Positions 8,080 to 16,559 of a stretch of DNA of 64,000 bases are shown piece by piece. The DNA comes from Candidatus Onthomonas avicola (lineage in GTDB: Bacteria; Bacillota; Clostridia; Oscillospirales; Oscillospiraceae): the NCBI GenBank assembly GCA_018710845.1, contig DVJB01000065.1:7310-71309 (forward strand), in the 5' to 3' direction. Under the pieces are notes generated by a model. That model saw nothing but the letters and a program-made list of their open reading frames with translations. It had not been told where the DNA came from and made no database searches. Position 1 is the first letter of the stretch, and each line of letters starts with the position of its first letter. Position numbers and translations under genes: made by a program.

Positions 8080-9432
8080 TTACTTCTTCGGCACGAGCAG
8101 CGCCTTGCCGCCCATGTAGGGACGCAGCACCTCCGGGATGCGGACGGAGCCGTCCGCCTGGAGGTTGTTCTCCAGCAGGGCGATCAGCATCCGCGGCGGG
8201 GCGACGACGGTGTTGTTGAGCGTGTGCACCAGGTTGTTGACGTTCTTGGTCGTCTTCTGGCCCTTGCGGTTGGTGACGGTGACCGCCTCGCTGTAGCGGA
8301 TGCCCAGCCGCCGGGCCTGCGCGTCGCCCAGGTTGGAGCAGGAGCAGACCTCGAAGTACTTCTGCTGGCGGGGGGACCACGCCTCAATATCGCAGCTCTT
8401 CACCTTCAGGTCAGCCAGGTCGCCGGAGCAGCACTCCAGCTGCCGCACGGGGATATCCATGCTGCGGAAGAGCTCGACGGAGTAGCGCCACATCTTCTCA
8501 TACCACGCCATGGAATCCTCCGGCTTGCAGACGACGATCATCTCCTGCTTTTCGAACTGATGGATGCGGTACAGTCCGCGCTCCTCAATGCCGTGCGCGC
8601 CCTTCTCCTTGCGGAAGCAGGGGGAATAAGAGGTCAGCGTGAGCGGCAGGCTGTCGCCGGGGAGGATCTGGTCGATAAAGCGGCCGATCATGGAGTGCTC
8701 GGAGGTGCCGATCAGATAGAGGTCCTCGCCCTCGATCTTGTACATCATCGCGTCCATCTCGGGGAAGGACATCACGCCCTCCACCACGCGTCCGTGAATC
8801 AGGAAGGGGGGGATGACGTAGGTAAAGCCCTTGTCGATCATGAAGTCGCGCGCGTAGGCGAGCACGGCCTCGTGCAGCCGGGCGATGTCGCCCAGCAGGT
8901 AGTAAAAGCCGTTGCCGGACACGCGGCGCGCCGCGTCCAGGTCCAGCCCGCCAAAGGACTCGATGATATCGGTGTGATAGGGGATCTCAAAGTCGGGCAC
9001 CACCGGCTCGCCAAAGCGGGCGACCTCCACGTTGCAGCTGTCGTCTGGGCCGATGGGGACGGAGGGGTCGATGATGTTCGGAATCTGCATCAGGATGGCG
9101 CGGACCTTGCCGTTGAGCTCGTCCGCCTCCACCTCCAGCTGGCGGCGCTGTTCCGCCTCGGCGTTGACCTGGGCGGTGATGGCGTCCACCTGGGCCTCCA
9201 GCTCGGCGGCGCGTTCCGGCTCGCGCTTGGCCTGGCCCTTGAGCATGCCGATCTGCTTGGACAGGCTGTTGCGGTTGGCCTGCAGGGCCTCGGCGGCCTT
9301 CTTTGCCTCCAGGCTGCGCTGATAGAGGTCGATCACCTCGTCCACCAGCGGGAGCTTTTCCTCCTGGAACTTGTTGCGCAGATTTTGCCGGACGACCTCC
9401 GGGTTGTCGCGGACAAATTTGATGTCTAACAT
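8080..9432 (-). CDS. serS: Serine--tRNA ligase
   Basis: MLDIKFVR, YLIGTSEH, CFRKEKG, HQFEKQE, HTLNNT. Confidence 0.97.
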   Translation of the reverse strand: MLDIKFVRDNPEVVRQNLRNKFQEEKLPLVDEVIDLYQRSLEAKKAAEALQANRNSLSKQIGMLKGQAKREPERAAELEAQVDAITAQVNAEAEQRRQLEVEADELNGKVRAILMQIPNIIDPSVPIGPDDSCNVEVARFGEPVVPDFEIPYHTDIIESFGGLDLDAARRVSGNGFYYLLGDIARLHEAVLAYARDFMIDKGFTYVIPPFLIHGRVVEGVMSFPEMDAMMYKIEGEDLYLIGTSEHSMIGRFIDQILPGDSLPLTLTSYSPCFRKEKGAHGIEERGLYRIHQFEKQEMIVVCKPEDSMAWYEKMWRYSVELFRSMDIPVRQLECCSGDLADLKVKSCDIEAWSPRQQKYFEVCSCSNLGDAQARRLGIRYSEAVTVTNRKGQKTTKNVNNLVHTLNNTVVAPPRMLIALLENNLQADGSVRIPEVLRPYMGGKALLVPKK

Positions 9433-9500
9433 ACCGTTTCTCTCTCCTTATGGCCAGCCGGCCGTTCTAAATTGGGCAAGATGCTCAAGACAGGCGCTCT

Positions 9501-10388
9501 CTAACCGCGCCGGGGAAGCCGGTGCAGCGCCTCGAGCAGGTCGTTCAGGTCCTCTGTCCCATAGTATTCCAGCTCCAGCCGTCCTTTTTTCCGGCCGGAG
9601 ACAATTTTCACCTTCCGACCCAGGCTGTCGGCCAGCTCGCGGGCGGCGATGGCGGCGTAGTCCACCTCGGGCGCGGCGTCCTGCGTCTGCTTTTTCTCCG
9701 ACTGTCCGGCGAGCTTCTGCATCTGGCGGACCAGCTCCTCCGTCTGCCGGACGGAGAGCTGGCGCTGGGCGACCTTGTCCGCCACCGCCTTCATCTCCTC
9801 CGGGTCGGTGAGGCCGAGCAGGGCGCGCGCGTGCCCGGCGGAGAGGATATCCGCCTCCACATATTGCGCCAGCTCCTGCGGCAGGGCGAGCAGGCGGACG
9901 GCGTTGGCCACCGCCGGGCGGCTCTTGCCCACCTGGCGGGCGACCTCCTCCTGCGTCATGCCGTACTCCTGCATCAGGGTCTGAAAGCCGCGCGCCTCCT
10001 CCATCGGGTTGAGGTCCTCGCGCTGGAGGTTCTCGATCAGACCGAGTTCCATCGCCCGGCGGTCGTCCGCCTCCAGCACGATGACGGGAATCTCTTCCAG
10101 CCCGGCCTCCCGCGCGGCGCGCCAGCGGCGCTCGCCTGAGATGATCTGATAGTACCCCGAGGCCATCAGCCGCACGTTGATCGGCTGGAGCACCCCGTGC
10201 AGGCGGACGGACTCGGTCAGGTCGGCCAGCGCTTGGCTGTCAAACTGCTTGCGCGGCTGGTCCTGATTGGGACGCACCTTTTCAATCGGCAGGGTGGAGA
10301 CGCCCTCAAACTCCGGTTGGTCGGCGGCATCGCCCAGCAGGGCCCCCAGGCCTCGTCCCAGGCCGGAACTGAAATTGCGTTTTGCCAT
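9501..10388 (-). CDS. parB: Chromosome-partitioning CTPase ParB/Spo0J
   Basis: GLGRGLGALL, PNQDQPRKQF, IISGERRWRAA, ENLQREDLNPMEEA, HTH GKSRPAVAN. Confidence 0.95.
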   Translation of the reverse strand: MAKRNFSSGLGRGLGALLGDAADQPEFEGVSTLPIEKVRPNQDQPRKQFDSQALADLTESVRLHGVLQPINVRLMASGYYQIISGERRWRAAREAGLEEIPVIVLEADDRRAMELGLIENLQREDLNPMEEARGFQTLMQEYGMTQEEVARQVGKSRPAVANAVRLLALPQELAQYVEADILSAGHARALLGLTDPEEMKAVADKVAQRQLSVRQTEELVRQMQKLAGQSEKKQTQDAAPEVDYAAIAARELADSLGRKVKIVSGRKKGRLELEYYGTEDLNDLLEALHRLPRRG

Positions 10389-10427
10389 GCGTGTTTCAAT
10401 CCCCCATTCCCGGCGGGACGCCCCGCC

Positions 10428-11186
10428 TCATGCGTTATGTTCCAGAAATTCCTCCGCCAGCCGCTGGTAAGCCGCCGCGCCGGTGGAGTAGCGGTCATAG
10501 TCAAGCACCGGTCTGCCATGGCTGGGCGCCTCGGACAGGCGGACGTTGCGCGGGATAACGGTGGCGTACACCTGGCCGGGGAAGTGCCGCTTGACCTCCT
10601 CCGCCACCTGAAGGGAGAGGTTTGTCCGCCCGTCAAACATGGTCAGCAGCACGCCCTCCAGTTCAATCTTTCGGTTCAGCCGGCGCTTGACGATGCGGAT
10701 GGTGGTCAGCAGGTCGCTCAGCCCCTCCAGCGCGTAGTACTCGCACTGCACCGGCACCAGCACGGTGTCCGCCGCGCATAGGCCGTTGAGGGTCAGCAGC
10801 TCGAGCGAGGGCGGACAGTCGATCAGGATGTAGTCGTAGCGCTCTGCCAGTTGGTCGAGCACATCGCGCAGCAGGAACTCCCGCCGGTCCATCCCGACCA
10901 TCTCCACGCCCGCCCCGGAGAGCGCCTTGTTGCTCGGCAGCACGTCCCCCCACTGAGTGGAGACCACCGCTTTTTCCGGGTCTGCCCCGTCGATGAGTAC
11001 GTCATAGATGCTGGGAGAGACGGCATTTTTGTCCACACCGAGGCCGGAGGTGGCGTTCGCCTGGGGGTCAAAGTCGCACAGCAGGACCTTTTTGCCCGCC
11101 TGCGTCAGCGCGGCGGAGAGGTTGACCGCTGTGGTCGTCTTTCCGACGCCCCCCTTTTGATTTGCAATGACAACGCGTTTTGCCAC
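10428..11186 (-). CDS. parA: ParA/Soj ATPase
   Basis: IANQKGGVGKTTT, DPQANATSGLG, DCPPSL, QCEYYALEGL, IPRNVRLSEAPS; GTG start with AGGTGG RBS. Confidence 0.95.
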   Translation of the reverse strand: MAKRVVIANQKGGVGKTTTAVNLSAALTQAGKKVLLCDFDPQANATSGLGVDKNAVSPSIYDVLIDGADPEKAVVSTQWGDVLPSNKALSGAGVEMVGMDRREFLLRDVLDQLAERYDYILIDCPPSLELLTLNGLCAADTVLVPVQCEYYALEGLSDLLTTIRIVKRRLNRKIELEGVLLTMFDGRTNLSLQVAEEVKRHFPGQVYATVIPRNVRLSEAPSHGRPVLDYDRYSTGAAAYQRLAEEFLEHNA

Positions 11187-11238
11187 AGAAACACCACCTG
11201 GTTCGAAAGCTTGACAATCCGGCAAAAGACAGAGCGCC

Positions 11239-11280
11239 GGTTCTGGTTTACTGGGTAACGGCTCTGGTTTGCTGGGTAAT
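11239..11280. repeat. Tandem 21-bp direct repeat in the predicted parA 5' UTR
   Basis: GGTTCTGGTTTACTGGGTAAC / GGCTCTGGTTTGCTGGGTAAT (18/21 identical). Confidence 0.8.
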
Positions 11281-11309
11281 ATTATAGTCCATCTTTCGAG
11301 GTATTGCAA
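11281..11309 (-). promoter_or_regulatory. sigma-A promoter of parAB (TTGCAA-N17-TATAAT)
   Basis: Read from sequence. Confidence 0.75.
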
Positions 11310-11378
11310 CTGTAGCGGCCGGAAATTCCGCTGTACAGGCGGGGAAGAGGGGGCGGGCAAAGCGGGGAGTGCGGGCTC

Positions 11379-11394
11379 TGTTTCACGTGAAACA
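11379..11394. promoter_or_regulatory. parS: parS centromere site 1
   Basis: Perfect TGTTTCACGTGAAACA palindrome. Confidence 0.95.
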
Positions 11395-11423
11395 CAGGTC
11401 GGGAGGTCCGGGACGGACTCCGT

Positions 11424-11439
11424 TGTTTCACGTGAAACA
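11424..11439. promoter_or_regulatory. parS: parS centromere site 2
   Basis: Perfect TGTTTCACGTGAAACA. Confidence 0.95.
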
Positions 11440-11501
11440 TCCGACTGTTCCGGCACGGCCGCCGGTCGGGGCGGCTGCGGCCGGGCAGCAGGGAAGGGGA
11501 C

Positions 11502-11517
11502 TGTTTCACGTGAAACA
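11502..11517. promoter_or_regulatory. parS: parS centromere site 3
   Basis: Perfect TGTTTCACGTGAAACA; palindrome extends to 22 bp (11499-11520). Confidence 0.95.
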
Positions 11518-11743
11518 GTCTCCGGAGAACGGGAGGACGCCGCCCCAGGCGAAGCAAGCGGCGCAGCGCATCGCACACAGGGAGAGGACCGCCGCGCTGT
11601 CCGCCTCGGCACCGAGAGAGAGACCACGCCCGTCCGGTGGGAGACTCGCAGTGTAAACCGTCCCGGCCGGAGCTGCCGCAGCCGGTGGCAAAACCGCTGC
11701 CACATGCGCGGGCGGCGGCGGGACGGGACGGCGGCGGGCAAGG

Positions 11744-12628
11744 CTAAGTACCTCTGCGGACGCTCTTCGGGATGACAATGGTGAGAGTAATGGACTCCTC
11801 ATCCTCCTCCCGCCCGCAGGAGGCGTCAATCCCCGCCTGGCGCATCACGTCCATGCTGTGGCGGATGGTGTTGAGAAAGAGACGCACGTCGCGCACCAGG
11901 AGGACCGGCTGTTTGCGCGCCGTCCGCCGCGGCTTGCGTGTGCTCTCCTCCGCCGCTTCCGGCTGCGGCTCGGGCAGGGCGGGTGGCTCCGGATTGAGCA
12001 GGCGGTCGATCAGCTCCTCCGTCCGCGCGACGGTGAGGTGCTCTGAGATGACCTGCTGCAAGACCGGCCCGCGCAGCTCGGGCGGCACGCGCAGGAGGGC
12101 ACGTCCGTGGCGCTCGGTCAGGCCGTTGCGCCGCAGCGCCTCGAGCACCGGCGCGGAGAGCTTGAGCAGGCGCAGCTTATTGGCCACGGCGGACTGGCTC
12201 TTGCCAATCCGCCGGGCCGCCTCCTCCTGGCTGAGGTGGTAGGTGGAGATGAGCTGGTCCAGGGCGAGGGCCTCGTCCACAAAGTCGAGGTCGCGCCGCT
12301 GCAAGTTCTCAATCAGCGCCAGCAGGGAGGACTCCAGGTCGTCCGCCCGCATCAGCAGGCAGGGGACCGTCTCCAGATGCGCCATCCTGGCCGCGCGCAG
12401 GCGGCGCTCCCCGGAGATCAGCTCATAGCTGCGGTCGTCCAGCCGGCGGACGGTGAGCGGCTGCAGAATGCCGTGTTCCTGGATGGAGGCGGCCAGCTCC
12501 TCCAGCCCCTTGACGGAGAAGACGGTGCGCGGCTGGTTGGGATTTGGATGGATTTGCCAGACCGGCAGCGAGAGCACCCGTGCGCTCTCAAAAGGTCCTC
12601 TTCTTCGTGTCAATGCCATATTTCCCAT
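11744..12628 (-). CDS. noc: ParB-like nucleoid occlusion protein (Noc/YyaA type)
   Basis: Second ParB paralogue (PNPNQPR, LISGERRLRAA, ENLQRRDL, GKSQSAVANKLRLL) directly upstream of parA. Confidence 0.8.
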   Translation of the reverse strand: MGNMALTRRRGPFESARVLSLPVWQIHPNPNQPRTVFSVKGLEELAASIQEHGILQPLTVRRLDDRSYELISGERRLRAARMAHLETVPCLLMRADDLESSLLALIENLQRRDLDFVDEALALDQLISTYHLSQEEAARRIGKSQSAVANKLRLLKLSAPVLEALRRNGLTERHGRALLRVPPELRGPVLQQVISEHLTVARTEELIDRLLNPEPPALPEPQPEAAEESTRKPRRTARKQPVLLVRDVRLFLNTIRHSMDVMRQAGIDASCGREEDEESITLTIVIPKSVRRGT

Positions 12629-12742
12629 CACAGTCCTTTCCGAATCAGTGGATAAATTTAGGATAGCAACTGTTCCGGGCGAAGGGGGTCGAGACAGGAG
12701 GGCGGGCAAAAAGAATTCAGCCCCCAAATTCGGGAGCTGAAG

Positions 12743-13747
12743 TCAGAGAGGGAGGGAATTCCCGTGTTTTTTCTGTTTCCGGATATCTTCTCCGTAAAAA
12801 TGCACCGCGTCGTAGTCCCCCTCCAGCCGGGAGGCGACCTGCGGCGTATAGCGCTTGGCCACATCGGAGAGGGAGAGGTTGGAGGAGATCACCGTCTGCC
12901 GCCCGGTGACCAGGCGGCTGTTGACGAGCTGGTAGAGGGAGGCGTGCACCAGCGGGGAGAGCATCTCACTGCCCAGGTCGTCCAAAATCATCAGGTCGCA
13001 GGTACAGTAGCGCTGCACGTCCGCCTCCGCGCGCTCGTCCCGGTTAAACCGCTGGGCCTCAAAGCGCTGAAAGACGTTGACCGCCGAGTCATAGACCACG
13101 CTGTAGCCCTTCTCGCTCACCACCCGCGCGATGGAGGCGGAGAGGAAGGTCTTGCCCAGGCCGGGTGCGCCGGTGAGGAAAAGATTCTGACGGCTCTTGC
13201 GCCCGAAGCGGTTGGCAAAGGTGAAGCAGATCTCGAGGGCAAACTCCATGCACTCGCGCGGGGAGCTGCCGATCGCCGGGTCGTAGACGGGGGAGTAGTA
13301 GTCCAGATTAAAGGTATCAAAGGACTGGTCGCCCAGCTCCAGCATGGAAGAGAGCTGGCGCACCTGCTCCTGGGCGCACAGCGCACGCAGGCAGCGGCAC
13401 ATCTCCGAGCCGCGCCAGCCCCGGTCGTCGCAGAGGGGACAGAGCGGCTGGTAGCGCAGTGCGTCCTCGGCATAGCCATTTTTCCGCAGCAGCTCGCGCC
13501 GCTCCTGCTGGAGGGAGAGGTTCTGTGCTCTGGCCCGCGCGAGGGCGGGGCCGGGGTCCACGCCCTGGTTGAGGGCGGCCTGTGCCGCCTGGCGGACGGT
13601 CTGGGAGAGCTGGCGGTCAATCACCTGAAGGCGGGGCACGCGGCGGTAGATCTCCTGCCGCCGCCGGTCAAACTCCGCGCGGTGGCGGCGGGCGTTCTCC
13701 TGGAGGGCCTGGGTGGCCGTGTGAATGACGTTGGCATCGTAGGGCAT
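12743..13747 (-). CDS. DnaC/DnaI-like helicase-loader ATPase
   Basis: Zn-site CPLCDDRGW...CRC, Walker A GAPGLGKT, LMILDDLGSE, ISSNL. Confidence 0.88.
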   Translation of the reverse strand: MPYDANVIHTATQALQENARRHRAEFDRRRQEIYRRVPRLQVIDRQLSQTVRQAAQAALNQGVDPGPALARARAQNLSLQQERRELLRKNGYAEDALRYQPLCPLCDDRGWRGSEMCRCLRALCAQEQVRQLSSMLELGDQSFDTFNLDYYSPVYDPAIGSSPRECMEFALEICFTFANRFGRKSRQNLFLTGAPGLGKTFLSASIARVVSEKGYSVVYDSAVNVFQRFEAQRFNRDERAEADVQRYCTCDLMILDDLGSEMLSPLVHASLYQLVNSRLVTGRQTVISSNLSLSDVAKRYTPQVASRLEGDYDAVHFYGEDIRKQKKHGNSLPL

Positions 13748-13763
13748 CGGTGCGCCTCCTCTC

Positions 13764-14762
13764 TCATTCCTCGCTCTGTCTCATCCGCTCGAGCACGCGC
13801 TTCATCTCAGCCAGTCCGCGCTGGTTCTCCCGGCGCTGGGAGGCGAGCTCCTCCTCCGAGGGCTGCCGCGCGGCGGCGGGCTGCCCGGCGGGCGCGGCGG
13901 CGCGTGGGGCGCTCTTGTGTTCGCTGCGCACCTCCTGCGGCGTGTGCAGTCCCTTCTCGTGCCAGCGGCGGAGAATCGCGTTGCAGTAGTTCCAGTTCAT
14001 CCGCCCCGTGTTGGTCAGCGTGATGTCGTAGGCGACGGTGACCGTCTCGGCCGGGAACCCCCACTCCATCCACTGCTGGAGGAAGCGCCGCTCCCCCGCC
14101 GCCGCCGGGCGGCCGTAAATACTGAGGGCCGCGAGCATCGCGCCCTCCCGCGACTCGCGTTGCTGGACGGAGGCGATGTACTCGTCTGCGGCCTCCAGCG
14201 TGTCGTATCCGTTCTCCTTCCACTGATAGCCCACCCGCTTGACGTAGGACATGGACAGGCGCTTGCCGGGGCCGTATTTCTTCCGGTTGCGCTCGTTCAG
14301 CCAGCTGATGAGGGTGAAGAGCACCTCGCCGGGCAGTCCGACATAGTCGTACAGCTCCAGCAGGATGGATACCTGCGCCGTGGTGAGCCGCCGGCCGAAG
14401 AGGTTCTCCACCTCGCGCAGCAGGGCGGCGAAGGTGCCGTTCTGGTCGCGCAGCTCGGCGGCGATCTCCTCGGCGGTGTACTCCGGCGCCTGGTCGGGCA
14501 CGGGGACCGGCTCGGCGGCGGAGGGAGCGGCGGCGCCCTTGGCCAGGCCGAGCTGCCCGAGCTGCGCGAGCGCGGCGTCCAGCTGCGCGCGCTTCCAACC
14601 CAGCGCGCGTCCGGCCTCCGCCGGGTCATAGGCGCCCTGTGCGCGCAGGAGATAGAGGTAGAGCAGGGCGGCATCGCCGCTGCCGAGCCGGATCAGGCGG
14701 TCGGCGGTGACGCCGTCCATCGAGACAGACTGGTCCTTCAAATCAATGCGCTGGACGGCCAT
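13764..14762 (-). CDS. DnaD-domain replication protein
   Basis: ALLYLYLL N-terminus, two DnaD-like repeats (MSYVKRVGYQW; WNYCNAILRRWHEKG). Confidence 0.85.
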   Translation of the reverse strand: MAVQRIDLKDQSVSMDGVTADRLIRLGSGDAALLYLYLLRAQGAYDPAEAGRALGWKRAQLDAALAQLGQLGLAKGAAAPSAAEPVPVPDQAPEYTAEEIAAELRDQNGTFAALLREVENLFGRRLTTAQVSILLELYDYVGLPGEVLFTLISWLNERNRKKYGPGKRLSMSYVKRVGYQWKENGYDTLEAADEYIASVQQRESREGAMLAALSIYGRPAAAGERRFLQQWMEWGFPAETVTVAYDITLTNTGRMNWNYCNAILRRWHEKGLHTPQEVRSEHKSAPRAAAPAGQPAAARQPSEEELASQRRENQRGLAEMKRVLERMRQSEE

Positions 14763-14936
14763 AGCGTTCCCCTCCCTCCGTCCGGACAGATACCCCCATT
14801 TTACAACAAAATGAGACGCACGTAAATACCGCTCCGGCGGGAAAGCGTCAAAAACGGGCCTGAGTTCTTTTGCGCGCGTATGCGGCGCGGATGGAGGGGG
14901 GCGGAGGCGAAAATCCGACAATTTCCTCCGGATTGA

Positions 14937-14965
14937 TTGACAAAGAGGGCAAATCTTCGTACAAT
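14937..14965 (+). promoter_or_regulatory. sigma-A promoter of the AGCS transporter (TTGACA-N17-TACAAT)
   Basis: Read from sequence. Confidence 0.75.
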
Positions 14966-15057
14966 AAGGACAACGAGCTGTCCTGGGTTGCTCCGATGGC
15001 GGGGCGGGTTGGGACGGCTCGCGCAATTTTGAGAACAGGGGAGAAAGGAAAAGCAAA

Positions 15058-16488
15058 ATGGAAGCATTTACCAACTGGGTCTCCAGTGTCAGCGATTTTG
15101 TCTGGGGGCCGCCGCTGATTGTGCTCATTCTGGCCTGCGGGATCTGGCTGACGATTCGAACCGGGTTGCTGCAGGTCTTTCATCTGGGAAAGGCGTTGCG
15201 CTACATGTTTCAGGATGAGGAGGACGGCGACGGCGAGGTGACCTCCTTCGGCGCGCTGTGCACCGCCCTCTCCGCCACCATCGGCACGGGCAACATTGTC
15301 GGCGTCGCCTCCGCTATCGCCGCGGGTGGTCCCGGCGCGCTGCTCTGGATGGAGGTCGCCGCATTCTTCGGCATGGCGACAAAATACGCCGAGGGATTGC
15401 TGGCCATCAAGTATCGCGAGGTGGACCAGGAGGGCCATGTGCTCGGCGGCCCGTTTTACTATATCGAGAAGGGGATGGGCAAGAACTGGAAGTGGCTGGG
15501 CAAGCTCTTTGCCCTCTTCGGCCTGCTCGCCGGCGCGCTCGGCATCGGCACCATCACCCAGATCAACGGCATCACCTCCGCGGCGGAGACCTTCTTTGAC
15601 CCGCAGCAGGCGCACGTCGCCTTTACGATTGGCTCGGGCGACGAGGCGGTGAACATCACCTGGACTACCATAATCATTGGTCTGGTCGTCACGGTGGGCG
15701 CCGCGCTGGTCATTATCGGCGGCCTGCAGCGGATTGCCAAGGTCTCGGAGATCATTGTCCCCTTTATGGCGGTGCTCTATGTCGCCTGCGGCATCATCAT
15801 TATGATCACCAACGTGACTGAGATCCCCAACGCCCTCTATCAGATCTTCTACGGCGCGTTCAACCCGCAGGCGGTGGCCGGCGGTATTGTCGGCGTAACC
15901 ATTCAGACGGCGATCCGGCAGGGCGTGGCCCGCGGCATCTTCTCCAACGAGGCCGGCCTCGGCTCCGCCCCCATCGCCGCCGCGGCCGCCCGGACGAAGG
16001 AGCCGGTGCGCCAGGGCCTGGTCACCATGACCGGCACCTTTATTGACACCATCGTCGTGTGTACGATGACCGGTCTGTCCATCGTGATCTCCGGCGCGTG
16101 GGACCCGGCGCTGGGGCTGGAGGGATCGCAGATCACCGTCTACGCCTTTCAGAATGCCCTGCCCTTCCCGGCGCAGGTGAGCTCCTTCCTGCTGATGATC
16201 TGCCTGGTGTTCTTCGCCTTCACCACAATTCTCGGCTGGGACTACTACGGCGAGCGCTGCCTGGAGTACCTCTCCAACCGCAACCGGCTGGCGGTGAGGT
16301 GCTATCGCTGGTTCTACATCCTGGCCGTCTTTGTCGGCCCCTACCTCACCGTCTCGGTGGTCTGGGGCATTGCGGACGTGTTCAACGCCCTGATGGCATT
16401 CCCGAATATCATCGCCCTGCTCGCCCTCTCCGGTGTGGTCGCCCGGGAGACAAAAGATTATTTCCGCCGATTCCCCAAAGGAGAATAA
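15058..16488 (+). CDS. Alanine/glycine:cation symporter (AGCS family)
   Basis: ATIGTGNIVGV, GGPGALLW, GGPFYYI, ARGIFSNEAGLGS. Confidence 0.95.
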   Translation: MEAFTNWVSSVSDFVWGPPLIVLILACGIWLTIRTGLLQVFHLGKALRYMFQDEEDGDGEVTSFGALCTALSATIGTGNIVGVASAIAAGGPGALLWMEVAAFFGMATKYAEGLLAIKYREVDQEGHVLGGPFYYIEKGMGKNWKWLGKLFALFGLLAGALGIGTITQINGITSAAETFFDPQQAHVAFTIGSGDEAVNITWTTIIIGLVVTVGAALVIIGGLQRIAKVSEIIVPFMAVLYVACGIIIMITNVTEIPNALYQIFYGAFNPQAVAGGIVGVTIQTAIRQGVARGIFSNEAGLGSAPIAAAAARTKEPVRQGLVTMTGTFIDTIVVCTMTGLSIVISGAWDPALGLEGSQITVYAFQNALPFPAQVSSFLLMICLVFFAFTTILGWDYYGERCLEYLSNRNRLAVRCYRWFYILAVFVGPYLTVSVVWGIADVFNALMAFPNIIALLALSGVVARETKDYFRRFPKGE

Positions 16489-16507
16489 AATCCGCAGTAT
16501 ACAAGGC

Positions 16508-16538
16508 AAGGCCCCGCCGGAACGTCCGGCGGGGCCTT
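16508..16538. terminator. Bidirectional intrinsic terminator
   Basis: AAGGCCCCGCCGG-AACGT-CCGGCGGGGCCTT between convergent genes. Confidence 0.8.
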
Positions 16539-16559
16539 TGGCATGATATGGCTCTAGCG

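Noticed and set aside
12629-12742. oriC near the par locus
   Set aside because: Only one imperfect DnaA box (AGTGGATAA, 12647-12655), no DUE and no dnaA in the window
12743-14762. DnaD + DnaC-like pair as a prophage replication module or IS21 istAB
   Set aside because: No integrase, IstA or phage genes nearby; native codon usage; embedded among core genes
14966-15057. Glycine riboswitch upstream of the AGCS transporter
   Set aside because: The leader is only about 85 nt and lacks the glycine aptamer motifs
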